This document shows, piece after piece, positions 20,095 to 30,183 of a stretch of 64,000 nucleotides of DNA (positions are counted from its first letter, which is position 1; every line of letters begins with the position of its first letter). The notes under the pieces were generated by a model, which was not told the DNA's origin, did not search any database, and saw nothing but the letters and a program-made list of their open reading frames with translations. The stretch lies in the IMG/VR virus record IMGVR_UViG_3300044644_002613. The stretch is one strand, 5' to 3'. The stretch is from an uncultured virus (IMG/VR IMGVR_UViG_3300044644_002613) (Duplodnaviria > Heunggongvirae > Uroviricota > Caudoviricetes). A program made the position numbers and the translations under genes.

Positions 20095-20352
20095 TTATTT
20101 TTTAGATAAACCGACTATCCTTCTTTGTTCTATTCCATTGATTATAAAAATGGTTGTAGGATAAAAGAAAACATTGAATTGTTGTGCAATGTCGATGTTT
20201 TCTTCAACATTACAAAAAATAAGATTATAATTTGATTTTTCTTTTTTGCTAATAGTCAACTGTTGAAAAGATGGATTTCCCCAAGGAACCCAAAAAACAA
20301 TTCTCCATTTTCCATGACTCAAAATGGCAAAGTTACTTGATGTTAATTCCAT
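20095..20352 (-). CDS. Thioredoxin-fold protein lacking CxxC
   Basis: ELTSSNF, FWVPWGNPS in place of WCGPC, NVEENIDIAQQFNV..YPT. Confidence 0.7.
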   Translation of the reverse strand: MELTSSNFAILSHGKWRIVFWVPWGNPSFQQLTISKKEKSNYNLIFCNVEENIDIAQQFNVFFYPTTIFIINGIEQRRIVGLSKK

Positions 20353-20999
20353 AGAAAATCAAATCCAAAATAATTATCACTTAATGATTGAGAAGGCGAA
20401 ATCAATTTATTTTTTATTTCATGATAATTAACAAAATTAAATTCAGAGTGCCATCCATGTCTTATAAGTGTAGAATTAGAATTTGTTAAATTTTCTGGGA
20501 GCTTTCCAGTATATTTTGTAAACCCATACATGAATCTAATGAGTGCGATTTTTGTTTCTTTTATAAGTTTGTTTTCTTGGAATTCTCCAAAAAAACAATT
20601 TTCAAAATTATCAATTTTCATATCATAATTTATAGATGCTCTAAGCATTAAGGTAAAAAGAGATTTTTTCAACATGCAATCAAACCAAAAACTTGAAGGA
20701 GATATCCACAAAATATTATCCTTATCAGTCTTATTGAAATTAGAAAAAATAAAATTTTCATGTGAAACTGCCAAAATATTTTCGAATTTAATAACAAAAC
20801 TTGCAACATCTTCGCTTTTTTCATGATAATGAGAAAAATAAAAACCTTTTATTTCAGATGTCATTTTTCCTAAAAATTGCTCTCTGCAATGATCCCAAAC
20901 TATAGGCTTAAATGCTTCTGGCTCTAATGCAAATTGACCAACTGGAGGTGGTTGATATACAAAATTAATATTTTTAATTTCTCCAAATTTAGCTTTCAT
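20343..20999 (-). CDS. Hypothetical protein, paralog of 46085..46678
   Basis: Shared W..CRE, FYFSH, PS.FW, SLFT..R, YTGK, GW motifs. Confidence 0.7.
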   Translation of the reverse strand: MKAKFGEIKNINFVYQPPPVGQFALEPEAFKPIVWDHCREQFLGKMTSEIKGFYFSHYHEKSEDVASFVIKFENILAVSHENFIFSNFNKTDKDNILWISPSSFWFDCMLKKSLFTLMLRASINYDMKIDNFENCFFGEFQENKLIKETKIALIRFMYGFTKYTGKLPENLTNSNSTLIRHGWHSEFNFVNYHEIKNKLISPSQSLSDNYFGFDFLWN

Positions 21000-21012
21000 T
21001 AAGCCTCAAAGG

Positions 21013-21672
21013 TTAAATATGAATCATTTTTTTCAAATTAAGATTATGAAATAATTTGTCAATCCAATTAGCATAGTTGTTTGCCATATCAAGCATATCT
21101 GCATTCCACACGCAATAAAGGGAATAGAATTTATTATATAATATCTTTAAAATTTTATCTATATTTTTAATTCTATTATCTGCAATATTATTCACATCAA
21201 GACTTTCCCATAAAATTTCTTTCACTTCGGAATTCTCATATATAAAATACGAATCAAACAGATACACAAACGATTCCCACATCATAAAATAAGCATCTTG
21301 CTGATTTGATGGCGTAATATAACTTGAATAATTCAACGAAAGTGAATCGAAATAATTAAAAATAAAATTTTCATAATCATCATATTCAACAATATGACTT
21401 GATAAGGTTTTATAAATTAAATTTCTATCTATGTAATTTTTATTTTTTAAAAATTCGTACCAATCAGTGTTGAATTTTTTAAATGATTTAAATTGAATTA
21501 TATAATTGCCTGGGCCTTTTTGCTTATCGTTCCATTTTATATCAATCAAAATATAATTATTTGATTCTGTCATAAAAACTGATTTTAATATAAAAAAAGC
21601 ATTATCGCAATGTTGAACAATAGGTATATCATTCAAATTATTTCGATTTAAAAACTCTTCAATTATTTTCAC
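21013..21672 (-). CDS. Hypothetical protein
   Basis: 219-aa ORF. Confidence 0.6.
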   Translation of the reverse strand: MKIIEEFLNRNNLNDIPIVQHCDNAFFILKSVFMTESNNYILIDIKWNDKQKGPGNYIIQFKSFKKFNTDWYEFLKNKNYIDRNLIYKTLSSHIVEYDDYENFIFNYFDSLSLNYSSYITPSNQQDAYFMMWESFVYLFDSYFIYENSEVKEILWESLDVNNIADNRIKNIDKILKILYNKFYSLYCVWNADMLDMANNYANWIDKLFHNLNLKKMIHI

Positions 21673-22339
21673 TAGGAACTAATTCCTTATCAATTATTGG
21701 CAAGCTTGGATTTAAAATGTCTTCTTTTTTCTGAAAATTTAAATTAATTTTATCTTGAATACTTTTAAGTTCAATTTTGATGTTAGATATCATCGATTTG
21801 ATTTCTTTATATTCTTCTTTTGTTTGTGATTTTTCTATACATTGCATCAGAACTTCATTTTTTTTGTTAATGTCTAATAACATGGCTTTAAGTTCCTCTA
21901 TATTTTTTGAAAAATCTTTTATTGCATCGTTGCTTTCGATATGTTTATTTAGTGTTTTTAACTTGTTAATTTCATTTTGAATTAAAGAAAATCTTTCCAA
22001 AAAGCTTTCTTCATTATTTTTAGTTTGTATCTTATTTTCAATTATTTTATTTTTTGAAAATAAAATAAACTTCTGATTTGTGTGCAACAAACAATCTTTG
22101 TCGTTATAATCACAAACTAATTTTTTGCTATTTTCATTTAATGAATGAATATAAATCACTGGTATTAGATTATTTAGTACTGGTACCTTTACGAGATCGG
22201 CATTTGGAAGTATTGCATCAATATAATCATGCTTTACAACATCTTTATTGAGTAAAATCTCCAAGACATAATTATCTTTGTTGATTTGTTGCGGATTCGA
22301 AAAAAGCAAAACAAAAAAAATAAAAACTACATTGTTCAT
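21659..22339 (-). CDS. Signal-anchored coiled-coil protein
   Basis: Hydrophobic N-terminus, heptad-rich C-terminal half. Confidence 0.6.
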   Translation of the reverse strand: MNNVVFIFFVLLFSNPQQINKDNYVLEILLNKDVVKHDYIDAILPNADLVKVPVLNNLIPVIYIHSLNENSKKLVCDYNDKDCLLHTNQKFILFSKNKIIENKIQTKNNEESFLERFSLIQNEINKLKTLNKHIESNDAIKDFSKNIEELKAMLLDINKKNEVLMQCIEKSQTKEEYKEIKSMISNIKIELKSIQDKINLNFQKKEDILNPSLPIIDKELVPSENN

Positions 22340-22560
22340 TTTATTCCCTCAAAAAATTCTTTTTGAAATGTAAAGTCATCAGTATGCATCCAACATTTAG
22401 ACTTTTCATTCCAATAAATAGGATAATATTTTGGCATAGTATCTAAAATATCAAAAAGATTTCCAGCAGATGATGCATGCTCAATAGATCTTTGAAAAAT
22501 CAAAGGATGCACTTCTGAATATCTTTTTTTTAAAGATGCGATGATTTCATCATCAATCAT
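22336..22560 (-). CDS. Hypothetical protein
   Basis: 74-aa ORF, translationally coupled. Confidence 0.6.
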   Translation of the reverse strand: MIDDEIIASLKKRYSEVHPLIFQRSIEHASSAGNLFDILDTMPKYYPIYWNEKSKCWMHTDDFTFQKEFFEGIK

Positions 22561-22855
22561 TGATCTTTTTCCCAGTAAAGAAATCTCTTGGGCCAGATGG
22601 AGATTTCTTTAATACATAAAATCTAAATGCAACACAACATACGACACCACCCAATATAGACATAATAAAACCAGAAGGTTCATATGGAGCATTGCCAAAA
22701 TCCAAAAGCCAATTGATCATTCCGCCAATAAACGATCCAGCCACGCCAATAAGAATTGTCGGCAAACAACCCAAAGGATCATCACCAGGGTGAATAGCTT
22801 TGGCAATACATCCAGTAACTAATCCAAAAAATGACCAAATAATTAAACTAAACAT
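22553..22855 (-). CDS. GlsB/YeaQ/YmgE (transglycosylase-associated) membrane protein
   Basis: GLVTGCIAKAIHPG..GCLPTILIGVAGSFIGG..SILGG. Confidence 0.88.
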   Translation of the reverse strand: MFSLIIWSFFGLVTGCIAKAIHPGDDPLGCLPTILIGVAGSFIGGMINWLLDFGNAPYEPSGFIMSILGGVVCCVAFRFYVLKKSPSGPRDFFTGKKIND

Positions 22856-22857
22856 TT

Positions 22858-23697
22858 TTACCTCTCAGTTTTTTTAATTTGCAAATAGGAATCAGGAGTT
22901 ACTTTGTTTGTTATATCTTTAGACAGACCATTAATATAACGAACATAGGTTTTTTCAAAATCAGAATAATCTTTAAAACCAAGAACTTTCTTTACAGATT
23001 CATTAGAGCCACTTTGAAATGATGTTTTTAAAAAGCTATGGAGTTTCAATTCTCCAAATTCTTTCCTCAAAAGAAGACACAATGCCACAGACTGATTAAT
23101 GAATAATTTCTGCTTGTCTTGGCCCAATTTAACAAATTGCTGTTCATTCATATTTAAAATTGTTTGAATGTCATAAATCTTGACATTACTTAAATTTGAC
23201 AAATCCAATTTAATATCATCAATCATTCCATTTAAGCTACTCATTCCTTTTTTAGACCATAAGGGTAACTTAACTAGATTTGATGATTCAAATTCAGCAA
23301 GAATAATTTCAGTTAAATAAATAGGCAAAACTTTTGATGGCTTATCGTCTAATACCAACCACATTGCCGTTATTTCTATTTCATCATTTTTTTTTCTAAT
23401 TTCAATTTTTGACGAATCAAGATTAAACAATTTTTTAAGCAGGTTTTTATCTGGAACGCAAAATATCCTACATTCTTTGGAAAATTTGATGTCTGAAAAT
23501 CCCCATCTTGTTAAACACCATATTTTAATATCTTCTAAATTATTTTTCATCCAATAACCTTGATCATTGTCAATGCTCAAAATCGTAAAATTGGTTGTAA
23601 TATATCTATTCCAAACCAAATTTTTGATTAATGGATCTTCAATGGGAGGTGGATCAAAACCTAAAAGTAACGCAAAAACAAACAACAAATTACACAT
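22858..23697 (-). CDS. Secreted zincin/peptidase-MA-like protein with a degenerate metal site
   Basis: Signal peptide, TTNFTI, VLPIYLTEIILA at the HExxH position, LPLWSKKGMS at the PxWxxEG position. Confidence 0.5.
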   Translation of the reverse strand: MCNLLFVFALLLGFDPPPIEDPLIKNLVWNRYITTNFTILSIDNDQGYWMKNNLEDIKIWCLTRWGFSDIKFSKECRIFCVPDKNLLKKLFNLDSSKIEIRKKNDEIEITAMWLVLDDKPSKVLPIYLTEIILAEFESSNLVKLPLWSKKGMSSLNGMIDDIKLDLSNLSNVKIYDIQTILNMNEQQFVKLGQDKQKLFINQSVALCLLLRKEFGELKLHSFLKTSFQSGSNESVKKVLGFKDYSDFEKTYVRYINGLSKDITNKVTPDSYLQIKKTER

Positions 23698-24706
23698 TGT
23701 TATACCTCTGATTTATTGATATCTTATCTAATATAGTTTGAGCTTGATTTTTAATTGATTTTTGCAAATCACTAAGATGAAAAAATTCCAAAATTCTAGG
23801 ACATCCACATATACTTTCGCTATTTGCAAATCTATTCAATAACCATATTTTTGTTTTATAAATATTTGAATCAAAAATTGAAAAATTATTGTCGTGACCA
23901 AATCCAATTATATCAAACAAATCATTTAAGGATATAATGTTGTTTTTATCTAAATTTTTTATATATGAAAAATCTTTTTTTTTCACATTATCTATGAAGC
24001 TTACAAACATAAGAACCCAATTTTTTATATCTTCGCAATCTAAAGAGCCTTCTGGCCATCGTAACTCTAAAGTCTTTCTTAAATTCGTTTTTAATCGCAA
24101 AGCATTATAAAAATTAACTAAATTTAAATTTTTTCTTCTTGCCATATGATCATCTATCTGTGGCCTGTATATATTAAAAACTCCCCTATAACCATAATTT
24201 TTATACTGGTAAGGAATTAAATTGAAATCGAATTTTGGTTTTAAATTTTGACAATATTTGTTATCCCATCTTCTTATTGGGAGGGCAAACATAAGTATTG
24301 GCTCTATTGTAAGCCAATACATTAAGATTCTTCCAACAGATTCTTCATCCAAATCTATAGCATCCGCATGAATATGAAGACCACAATTGTCATTAACTAT
24401 TCCGCCATGATCTTTTATTTTTTTAACTATTTTCAAAATATGATGCAGATCTTTTAACGAAGAGCAAACAAAGGTTGCTATTTCTACTCCATTTGGGCCA
24501 TCAGAACCTCTAGGGCCACAACTTCCATCGGTTTTTACATGCCAATTTTTATTGTCGTAAGATACGGCATATCTAGAAACTTTAACACCACGATTAGAAT
24601 TTTCATTTATAATTTCTTTTATTTTTTTCTTAGATAAATTATTTGACAATTCGATTTCAATTCCGAATCTTCTGGATGACGAAAAATCTTTAAAATTTAT
24701 TATCAT
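23690..24706 (-). CDS. Putative amidoligase (Amidoligase_2 / COOH-NH2 ligase)
   Basis: RFGIEIE, KTDGSC, VEIAT, NCGLHIH, TLELR. Confidence 0.85.
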   Translation of the reverse strand: MIINFKDFSSSRRFGIEIELSNNLSKKKIKEIINENSNRGVKVSRYAVSYDNKNWHVKTDGSCGPRGSDGPNGVEIATFVCSSLKDLHHILKIVKKIKDHGGIVNDNCGLHIHADAIDLDEESVGRILMYWLTIEPILMFALPIRRWDNKYCQNLKPKFDFNLIPYQYKNYGYRGVFNIYRPQIDDHMARRKNLNLVNFYNALRLKTNLRKTLELRWPEGSLDCEDIKNWVLMFVSFIDNVKKKDFSYIKNLDKNNIISLNDLFDIIGFGHDNNFSIFDSNIYKTKIWLLNRFANSESICGCPRILEFFHLSDLQKSIKNQAQTILDKISINQRYNNV

Positions 24707-24984
24707 TATTGATCCAGATCCACCAACCCATTTTGTTGCCTACTTCTTCTTAAAACCTCATTAAGTTCTTCTTCATATTTTTGATCCCAATTTTTCGTCA
24801 GAGGAACATCTGCTTCTGCGTTTTGTAAAGAATTTTCTGTTTGCCCTAATACATTTAAAACATCAATAAAAAAACCCTTTTGCTCTTCTCTCAATCTGAC
24901 CAAAAAGCTACTAAGATAAAATAAAATTATCGTATTTAAAATAAGAAAAAACAAAACGATTATATCAAAAATTAAATTTTGCAT
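24706..24984 (-). CDS. Small membrane protein
   Basis: Transmembrane helix follows MQNLIFD (internal Met used as start). Confidence 0.55.
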   Translation of the reverse strand: MQNLIFDIIVLFFLILNTIILFYLSSFLVRLREEQKGFFIDVLNVLGQTENSLQNAEADVPLTKNWDQKYEEELNEVLRRSRQQNGLVDLDQ

Positions 24985-24989
24985 TTTTT

Positions 24990-27122
24990 TTACAAATAAA
25001 ACTGTGTTGGTGCCTGTGGTCTGATTGAAGTAATATCGATTACCGAAACATCTAACAATGTAAGTTTCTCTAAAATTCTGCAATTAAGAGTGTTGGCATC
25101 CCAGTATGTTCCATTAAACAAACCTATACTATCATATATTGTAAAATTATCAACAACAACATTAAAATTATTTATTACGAAATTATCTCTAAAATGAACA
25201 TTAATAGTAAAATCAAGACCATACGAACTTGCACTAACACATATATCCTCTGATGGAAAATAGGCTAAAATTCTACTATCGACATCGTCACCAGTTACAA
25301 GATTTGTCTTGTTTACATACAATGAAAATTTCCAAAGATTAGAACTTAGTTCATTTTCTCCAAAATAATTAACACAAGACCACTCAATGTTAATCTGCCA
25401 TTTTTCGGCAACATTTGTACTTCCTATGCCTGTAAAAGAAAATGATCTCTGCCAAGATTCTGTTCTTGCACTGTAAAACATTTCAATGTTTTCACTTAAT
25501 GAAAATCCATTGTTATCTAAAAATTTCTTTAGTACCGTGGCCTTGTCAAAATTATGCTTTAAATAAAGTAATTTTGGAATTGCATCACACAAACCACACG
25601 CTGTATTAATTGTTTCGGATATCGGAATCATTACTTGATCCACAGATTCTGAAAAACTTACTTCAAAATTACTAATTTCTACAGCCATACCCATACCAAT
25701 ATTATCTGCAAAGAATAATGATGATGCAATAGTTCCAGAAAGATCAATTATTCCGCTTCCTTTATATTTATAGCCTGACAAAAATGACAAAGAAGATTCC
25801 TCTAGCAATATTGGAGATAATATTGTTGTGTACCAGAAATCTCCCAAAGAAGAATCTCTAGCCTCGCCTGTTCCATCAATCAAAATGAAACCAGAATCTG
25901 CTTCATAGGCATACGAAGCGACCTTTACAAATATGGAACCACCTACTGTAATTGCTCCATCAGATTCATAATAAAAATATGGCGACACAATTGAAGCGGT
26001 GCCAAAAATAAAAGCATTGCCTTCTGCATAGTTCCAAATATATGGCGTACCTGAAATGGATATCCCACTAACTAAAACTACACCATTAGCATTTTGCAAT
26101 ATGGGATATTCTGCTTCCCCATAAATAATTATCCCAGCATAAGTCGGATATGTATCGCTTTTTCCAGTAGAAACAAAACTTAATTTGAATCGCACCAAAG
26201 CATCATTAGAAACAACGATACTTCCCGATCCATTATATCTCCAACTAGGACTTATAATTTCTGGATTGCCTCCTACAATTATATTTCCACTTCCTTCAAA
26301 TGTTCGATACGAATACACAAGTTCAGATTCCCCATAAATTAAAGAATCTCCAGATCCAATGTAGCCGAAGTAATTATTTGAAAATTCTGCCGAACCAGAC
26401 AATAAAATTATTCCAGACCCAACATACGAAGATGTTAATTTGACACTTCCGCCAATTACAATACCTCCAGTGGCAGCAAAAACATTCATTTTAAGTACAC
26501 TTGTAGAAACTCCCATTTTCACTGTTGGTGTTGGTAAAACGGTAAATTGTAAACATTGTGGTATTTGAGAAAATGGAACAGGTTCAAAGCATTGAGATGT
26601 TGGAACAAATTCGCCATTTGTTGCTATGCCAGTAGATCCAATTGCAAAAAAAGATTCAATTGGATGAACAGATCTTTCTATGGTTTCAATTGGCCAAGTC
26701 CAATTAACATCGCTTAGAAATTGACAAACTTCTTGCAAATTTCTTGCAATTAGTTCTTGAAACATTCTATTTAAACCATTTGGTATTCCACAAAATGGTA
26801 TATAATCAGAATTATAATATTGACGACCAGTAACTCTGAATGTTCTTAATGGCAATTCGCCAACATTATAAGAAAAATCATAAGATGCTTCAAACGATTG
26901 ATTAATATCGTATGAGAAACTATATAAAAAATCTATATTAAAATTATATAATGAAGATGTAGTATTTGTAGCATTTATAAATCCATCCGATACATATTTT
27001 GGACGACAAACACAAATTGATGATCCATAAATAGTTAAATATCCTGAACCTTTATATGCATTAGATTCATCACCATCTCCATATATCGCAATGCCACCAG
27101 TAGCTTCGTAGTTATAGATCAT
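24990..27122 (-). CDS. Probable virion structural/tail protein with Gly-rich beta repeats
   Basis: 710 aa with repeated Y.GSG.I.i.G.A units. Confidence 0.65.
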   Translation of the reverse strand: MIYNYEATGGIAIYGDGDESNAYKGSGYLTIYGSSICVCRPKYVSDGFINATNTTSSLYNFNIDFLYSFSYDINQSFEASYDFSYNVGELPLRTFRVTGRQYYNSDYIPFCGIPNGLNRMFQELIARNLQEVCQFLSDVNWTWPIETIERSVHPIESFFAIGSTGIATNGEFVPTSQCFEPVPFSQIPQCLQFTVLPTPTVKMGVSTSVLKMNVFAATGGIVIGGSVKLTSSYVGSGIILLSGSAEFSNNYFGYIGSGDSLIYGESELVYSYRTFEGSGNIIVGGNPEIISPSWRYNGSGSIVVSNDALVRFKLSFVSTGKSDTYPTYAGIIIYGEAEYPILQNANGVVLVSGISISGTPYIWNYAEGNAFIFGTASIVSPYFYYESDGAITVGGSIFVKVASYAYEADSGFILIDGTGEARDSSLGDFWYTTILSPILLEESSLSFLSGYKYKGSGIIDLSGTIASSLFFADNIGMGMAVEISNFEVSFSESVDQVMIPISETINTACGLCDAIPKLLYLKHNFDKATVLKKFLDNNGFSLSENIEMFYSARTESWQRSFSFTGIGSTNVAEKWQINIEWSCVNYFGENELSSNLWKFSLYVNKTNLVTGDDVDSRILAYFPSEDICVSASSYGLDFTINVHFRDNFVINNFNVVVDNFTIYDSIGLFNGTYWDANTLNCRILEKLTLLDVSVIDITSIRPQAPTQFYL

Positions 27123-27838
27123 TTCCTTACATTCATTTCTTCAAACTTATCTAATATTCCAGCAATCAAGGGATGTCTTACGATTGAGCAAGCCTTGAAC
27201 CTTATGACAGCAACTCCCTTTAGTTCTTCCATTTTATTGGCTATTTCTAATAACGATGAATTGCCTCCATTTATATCACTTTGATCTGGGTCTCCCGTGA
27301 TAATCATTTTGCTATTATGTCCAAATCTAGTCATAAATAGTTTAATTTGTGTTTTAGTTGCATTTTGAGCTTCATCAAATATGCAAACAGAATCTTTAAA
27401 GGTTCTGCCACGGCAAAAAGCTATAGGTGCAATTTCCATTGATTTATTTATTATTTCTCTTTGTGGTCCGTCTTTGCCAAGACAAGTCTCCATACAGTCA
27501 TACATTGGCATCATATAAGGATTTAACTTCTCTTCTATGCCTCCAGGCAAAAAACCAAGGCTTTCTCCAGCTTCAACAACTGGTCTGGTTAGAATTATTT
27601 TCTTTCTTTTTAATGCTAAGATTTCACTTATAGCAAAAGCACAAGATAATTGCGTCTTGCCACATCCAGCAGGGCCAAGTAAAAATAAAACATCATGTTG
27701 ATCAAAAGCACCCCAAGCCAATCTTTGAGCTTGATTCATGAATTCAAAATGAAAATTTTGACTTGTAGAAGCGTGGTTTGGTTTTGGTATTTCTTGTTTT
27801 TTGTTTTTATAGACAACTTTTCTTTTTGATCTAGACAT
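27119..27838 (-). CDS. phoH: PhoH family ATPase
   Basis: GPAGCGKT, TRPVVEAGESLGFLPG, RGRTF, DEAQN, GDPDQSD, IVRHPL. Confidence 0.95.
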   Translation of the reverse strand: MSRSKRKVVYKNKKQEIPKPNHASTSQNFHFEFMNQAQRLAWGAFDQHDVLFLLGPAGCGKTQLSCAFAISEILALKRKKIILTRPVVEAGESLGFLPGGIEEKLNPYMMPMYDCMETCLGKDGPQREIINKSMEIAPIAFCRGRTFKDSVCIFDEAQNATKTQIKLFMTRFGHNSKMIITGDPDQSDINGGNSSLLEIANKMEELKGVAVIRFKACSIVRHPLIAGILDKFEEMNVRK

Positions 27839-27916
27839 TATTTGTTTCCTGATAAATAGTTAGTTTCTAACATATATATCAATTGAAATGACAAATAATC
27901 AGCATAAGGCAAATAT

Positions 27917-28387
27917 ATGTTAACCAATAATTTTAAATTATTTTTTGAAGAAAAAGAAATGGAAGATGTAAAGAAGCTTTTAAATAAGTTGCCTACAAGT
28001 CATAAAAAATTGATCCATGGATTCAAATTCAAATATACTGGTAATAATACTTTAAATGGCGATAAAAAACATGTTGGTGTAATTTATGGAAAAAAAATTG
28101 AGGTCGCTGCCCCTTGGAATTACAGCAGAGAATTTACCACATTGCACGAAATAGCACATTTGATTTGGTCTCATAAATTAACGCCTAAATTAAAAAAAGA
28201 ATGGGCAAAACTTTTAAAATCAACAAAAAAAGAAATGAATAAAAAAGAAATTTCAAAATCTTCTTTAAATCAAGGTGCTGAAGAGATTTTTGCGATGAGT
28301 TATGCAAATTATTATTCAAAACATAAAATTTTGACATATAATCATCCAAAGTGGATGGATTTTATAAAAGAAAAAGTACCAGACTAA
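27917..28387 (+). CDS. Zinc metallopeptidase-like protein
   Basis: LHEIAH plus downstream EEIFA. Confidence 0.7.
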   Translation: MLTNNFKLFFEEKEMEDVKKLLNKLPTSHKKLIHGFKFKYTGNNTLNGDKKHVGVIYGKKIEVAAPWNYSREFTTLHEIAHLIWSHKLTPKLKKEWAKLLKSTKKEMNKKEISKSSLNQGAEEIFAMSYANYYSKHKILTYNHPKWMDFIKEKVPD

Positions 28388-29106
28388 ATTGGTTTAGATT
28401 GAACTTGGCTTACCAGTTTTGGCAATATCGTAACAGCTTCTTCTTGAAGCTTTTCATATTCGTTGATTCCCAAGCTAAATATTTTATAATGATGAACTAC
28501 TGGGGTTTTCATTATTTGTGGCTTAAAACCTCTGCTTTGAGATTTCATAGTCATAATAAAGCTTGTTCCAATTTGTGGTAACTCTTCTGGCCAAGGTCCA
28601 ATATCATCCCAGCAATCTCTAGTCATCAAAATAAGATGATCAGTAATGAAACCAACATCTTGATTGCCAACTGTATATGTTTGACTATCCAATCCAATAA
28701 ATCCAGAAGATGTAGATTCGCTTACATTAAGAAGTAAATCTAACCAACTAGGATTGGTGATTACGACATCGCAATGCATAAAAATAAGATATTTTGAATT
28801 TTTGTCAGCAGCCTTTGCACCCTTGTTACATGCAGCAGACCAATATAGATTTTTTTCATTTCTGACAACCTTAACGGTGCCTTCTATATCATCCAAAAAA
28901 TCTTGGGATTCTTTATCACTACCATTGTCAACAACTATGATTTCGTAGTTACTATTAAAAGATGTGACACAAATACTTTGTAGCGTAAGATTCAAATATT
29001 CGGGTCTATCTTTATGAACTATAATGATTGATATTTGCTCATCACTATAATTTTTTAAAGATACTGTTAATTCTGATTTTTTATTTTCTAAAGTATTGTC
29101 GCTCAT
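28384..29106 (-). CDS. Glycosyltransferase family 2
   Basis: ISIIIVH, IVVDNGS, ACNKGA, MHCDV. Confidence 0.85.
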   Translation of the reverse strand: MSDNTLENKKSELTVSLKNYSDEQISIIIVHKDRPEYLNLTLQSICVTSFNSNYEIIVVDNGSDKESQDFLDDIEGTVKVVRNEKNLYWSAACNKGAKAADKNSKYLIFMHCDVVITNPSWLDLLLNVSESTSSGFIGLDSQTYTVGNQDVGFITDHLILMTRDCWDDIGPWPEELPQIGTSFIMTMKSQSRGFKPQIMKTPVVHHYKIFSLGINEYEKLQEEAVTILPKLVSQVQSKPI

Positions 29107-29108
29107 CT

Positions 29109-29321
29109 TTATTCCTCAATTTCTAATTCAAAAACGCCTCTAGTACACAGACACTGAATTGGTCCTGTTGGAGTTTGAATTGATTCTGTATAATTTTTTG
29201 CAAGTTTATTTGCGTATTGTTCCGCCTTATTAGATTCACGAAAAGCCTTTTCTGGCTTTAGTACAATGTATTCGCCTTCGACCTGCCTAGCAACGCTTAT
29301 TACTGCAAATATTTTTTCCAT
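29109..29321 (-). CDS. Hypothetical protein
   Basis: 70-aa ORF. Confidence 0.6.
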   Translation of the reverse strand: MEKIFAVISVARQVEGEYIVLKPEKAFRESNKAEQYANKLAKNYTESIQTPTGPIQCLCTRGVFELEIEE

Positions 29322-29348
29322 GAAATAATCTAGTTACTTATTTTAAAT

Positions 29349-29840
29349 TTAAATTTCTTTTAATCCATTTGGAACGATCAAAGGTTTTTGATCTTCACTT
29401 TTAATATCTATTCCATTATCAAAATCTTCCGTTTGCATGTCAATATAATCATTAATTTTGGGTTCTTTTCTCAAAGTATCTGTTACTACAGAAGATTTTT
29501 TAATTTCTGGTGCTTTGAAATCATCATTTAAAGAATCTAATTTTTTATAGTTATCATCCCCCAATTCGCCAACAAATAAAGGCCTATCCTTTTTCGTTAT
29601 CATTTGAGCCTTACTCAAATGTTGACGAAAATTTTTACCAAATGAACTGTATGCATTGCTTGGGTATTTGCTAACCATTTTTTTGAGTTCATTTTTTATA
29701 GATTCATCATATTCTTTTTTGTCAATCCAAGCAAAAACCTTATCTAAGGTCAACATTCTAAAGTCTCTTTGCTCTTCTCGATCTGGATTGTTTAAATTTA
29801 CAACTTTAAAATTTATTGATTCTGCACTGTGATGGCTCAT
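29349..29840 (-). CDS. Hypothetical protein
   Basis: 163-aa ORF. Confidence 0.6.
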   Translation of the reverse strand: MSHHSAESINFKVVNLNNPDREEQRDFRMLTLDKVFAWIDKKEYDESIKNELKKMVSKYPSNAYSSFGKNFRQHLSKAQMITKKDRPLFVGELGDDNYKKLDSLNDDFKAPEIKKSSVVTDTLRKEPKINDYIDMQTEDFDNGIDIKSEDQKPLIVPNGLKEI

Positions 29841-30163
29841 ATTTTATCCTTTGTTTCATTCATGTTTTGATATTCTTTTATTTCTTTAGTAATCCCAAAA
29901 AACTCCATATTTCCCATTTGAGCGTTTTTTATGTTCTCCTTTATGTATTCTGGAATTTCAAAAGAAATTGTCTTTATTGGTGTTTCATAATATCCACCAA
30001 TATATTCTCCAATTTTATTTTTTATTTCTGCGTCAATTTGACCTATTGGCATAACTTTTTTCTGCTCATTGTCATAAAAAACAATGACCGATTTTTGATT
30101 TCCATCATCATCAATCATGTTTATTTCAAATGTAGTCAATAAATTGGCAGATAATATTTGCAT
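29837..30163 (-). CDS. Hypothetical protein
   Basis: 108-aa ORF with ATGA coupling. Confidence 0.6.
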   Translation of the reverse strand: MQILSANLLTTFEINMIDDDGNQKSVIVFYDNEQKKVMPIGQIDAEIKNKIGEYIGGYYETPIKTISFEIPEYIKENIKNAQMGNMEFFGITKEIKEYQNMNETKDKI

Positions 30164-30183
30164 AATTTTTGTATATCTAATAT

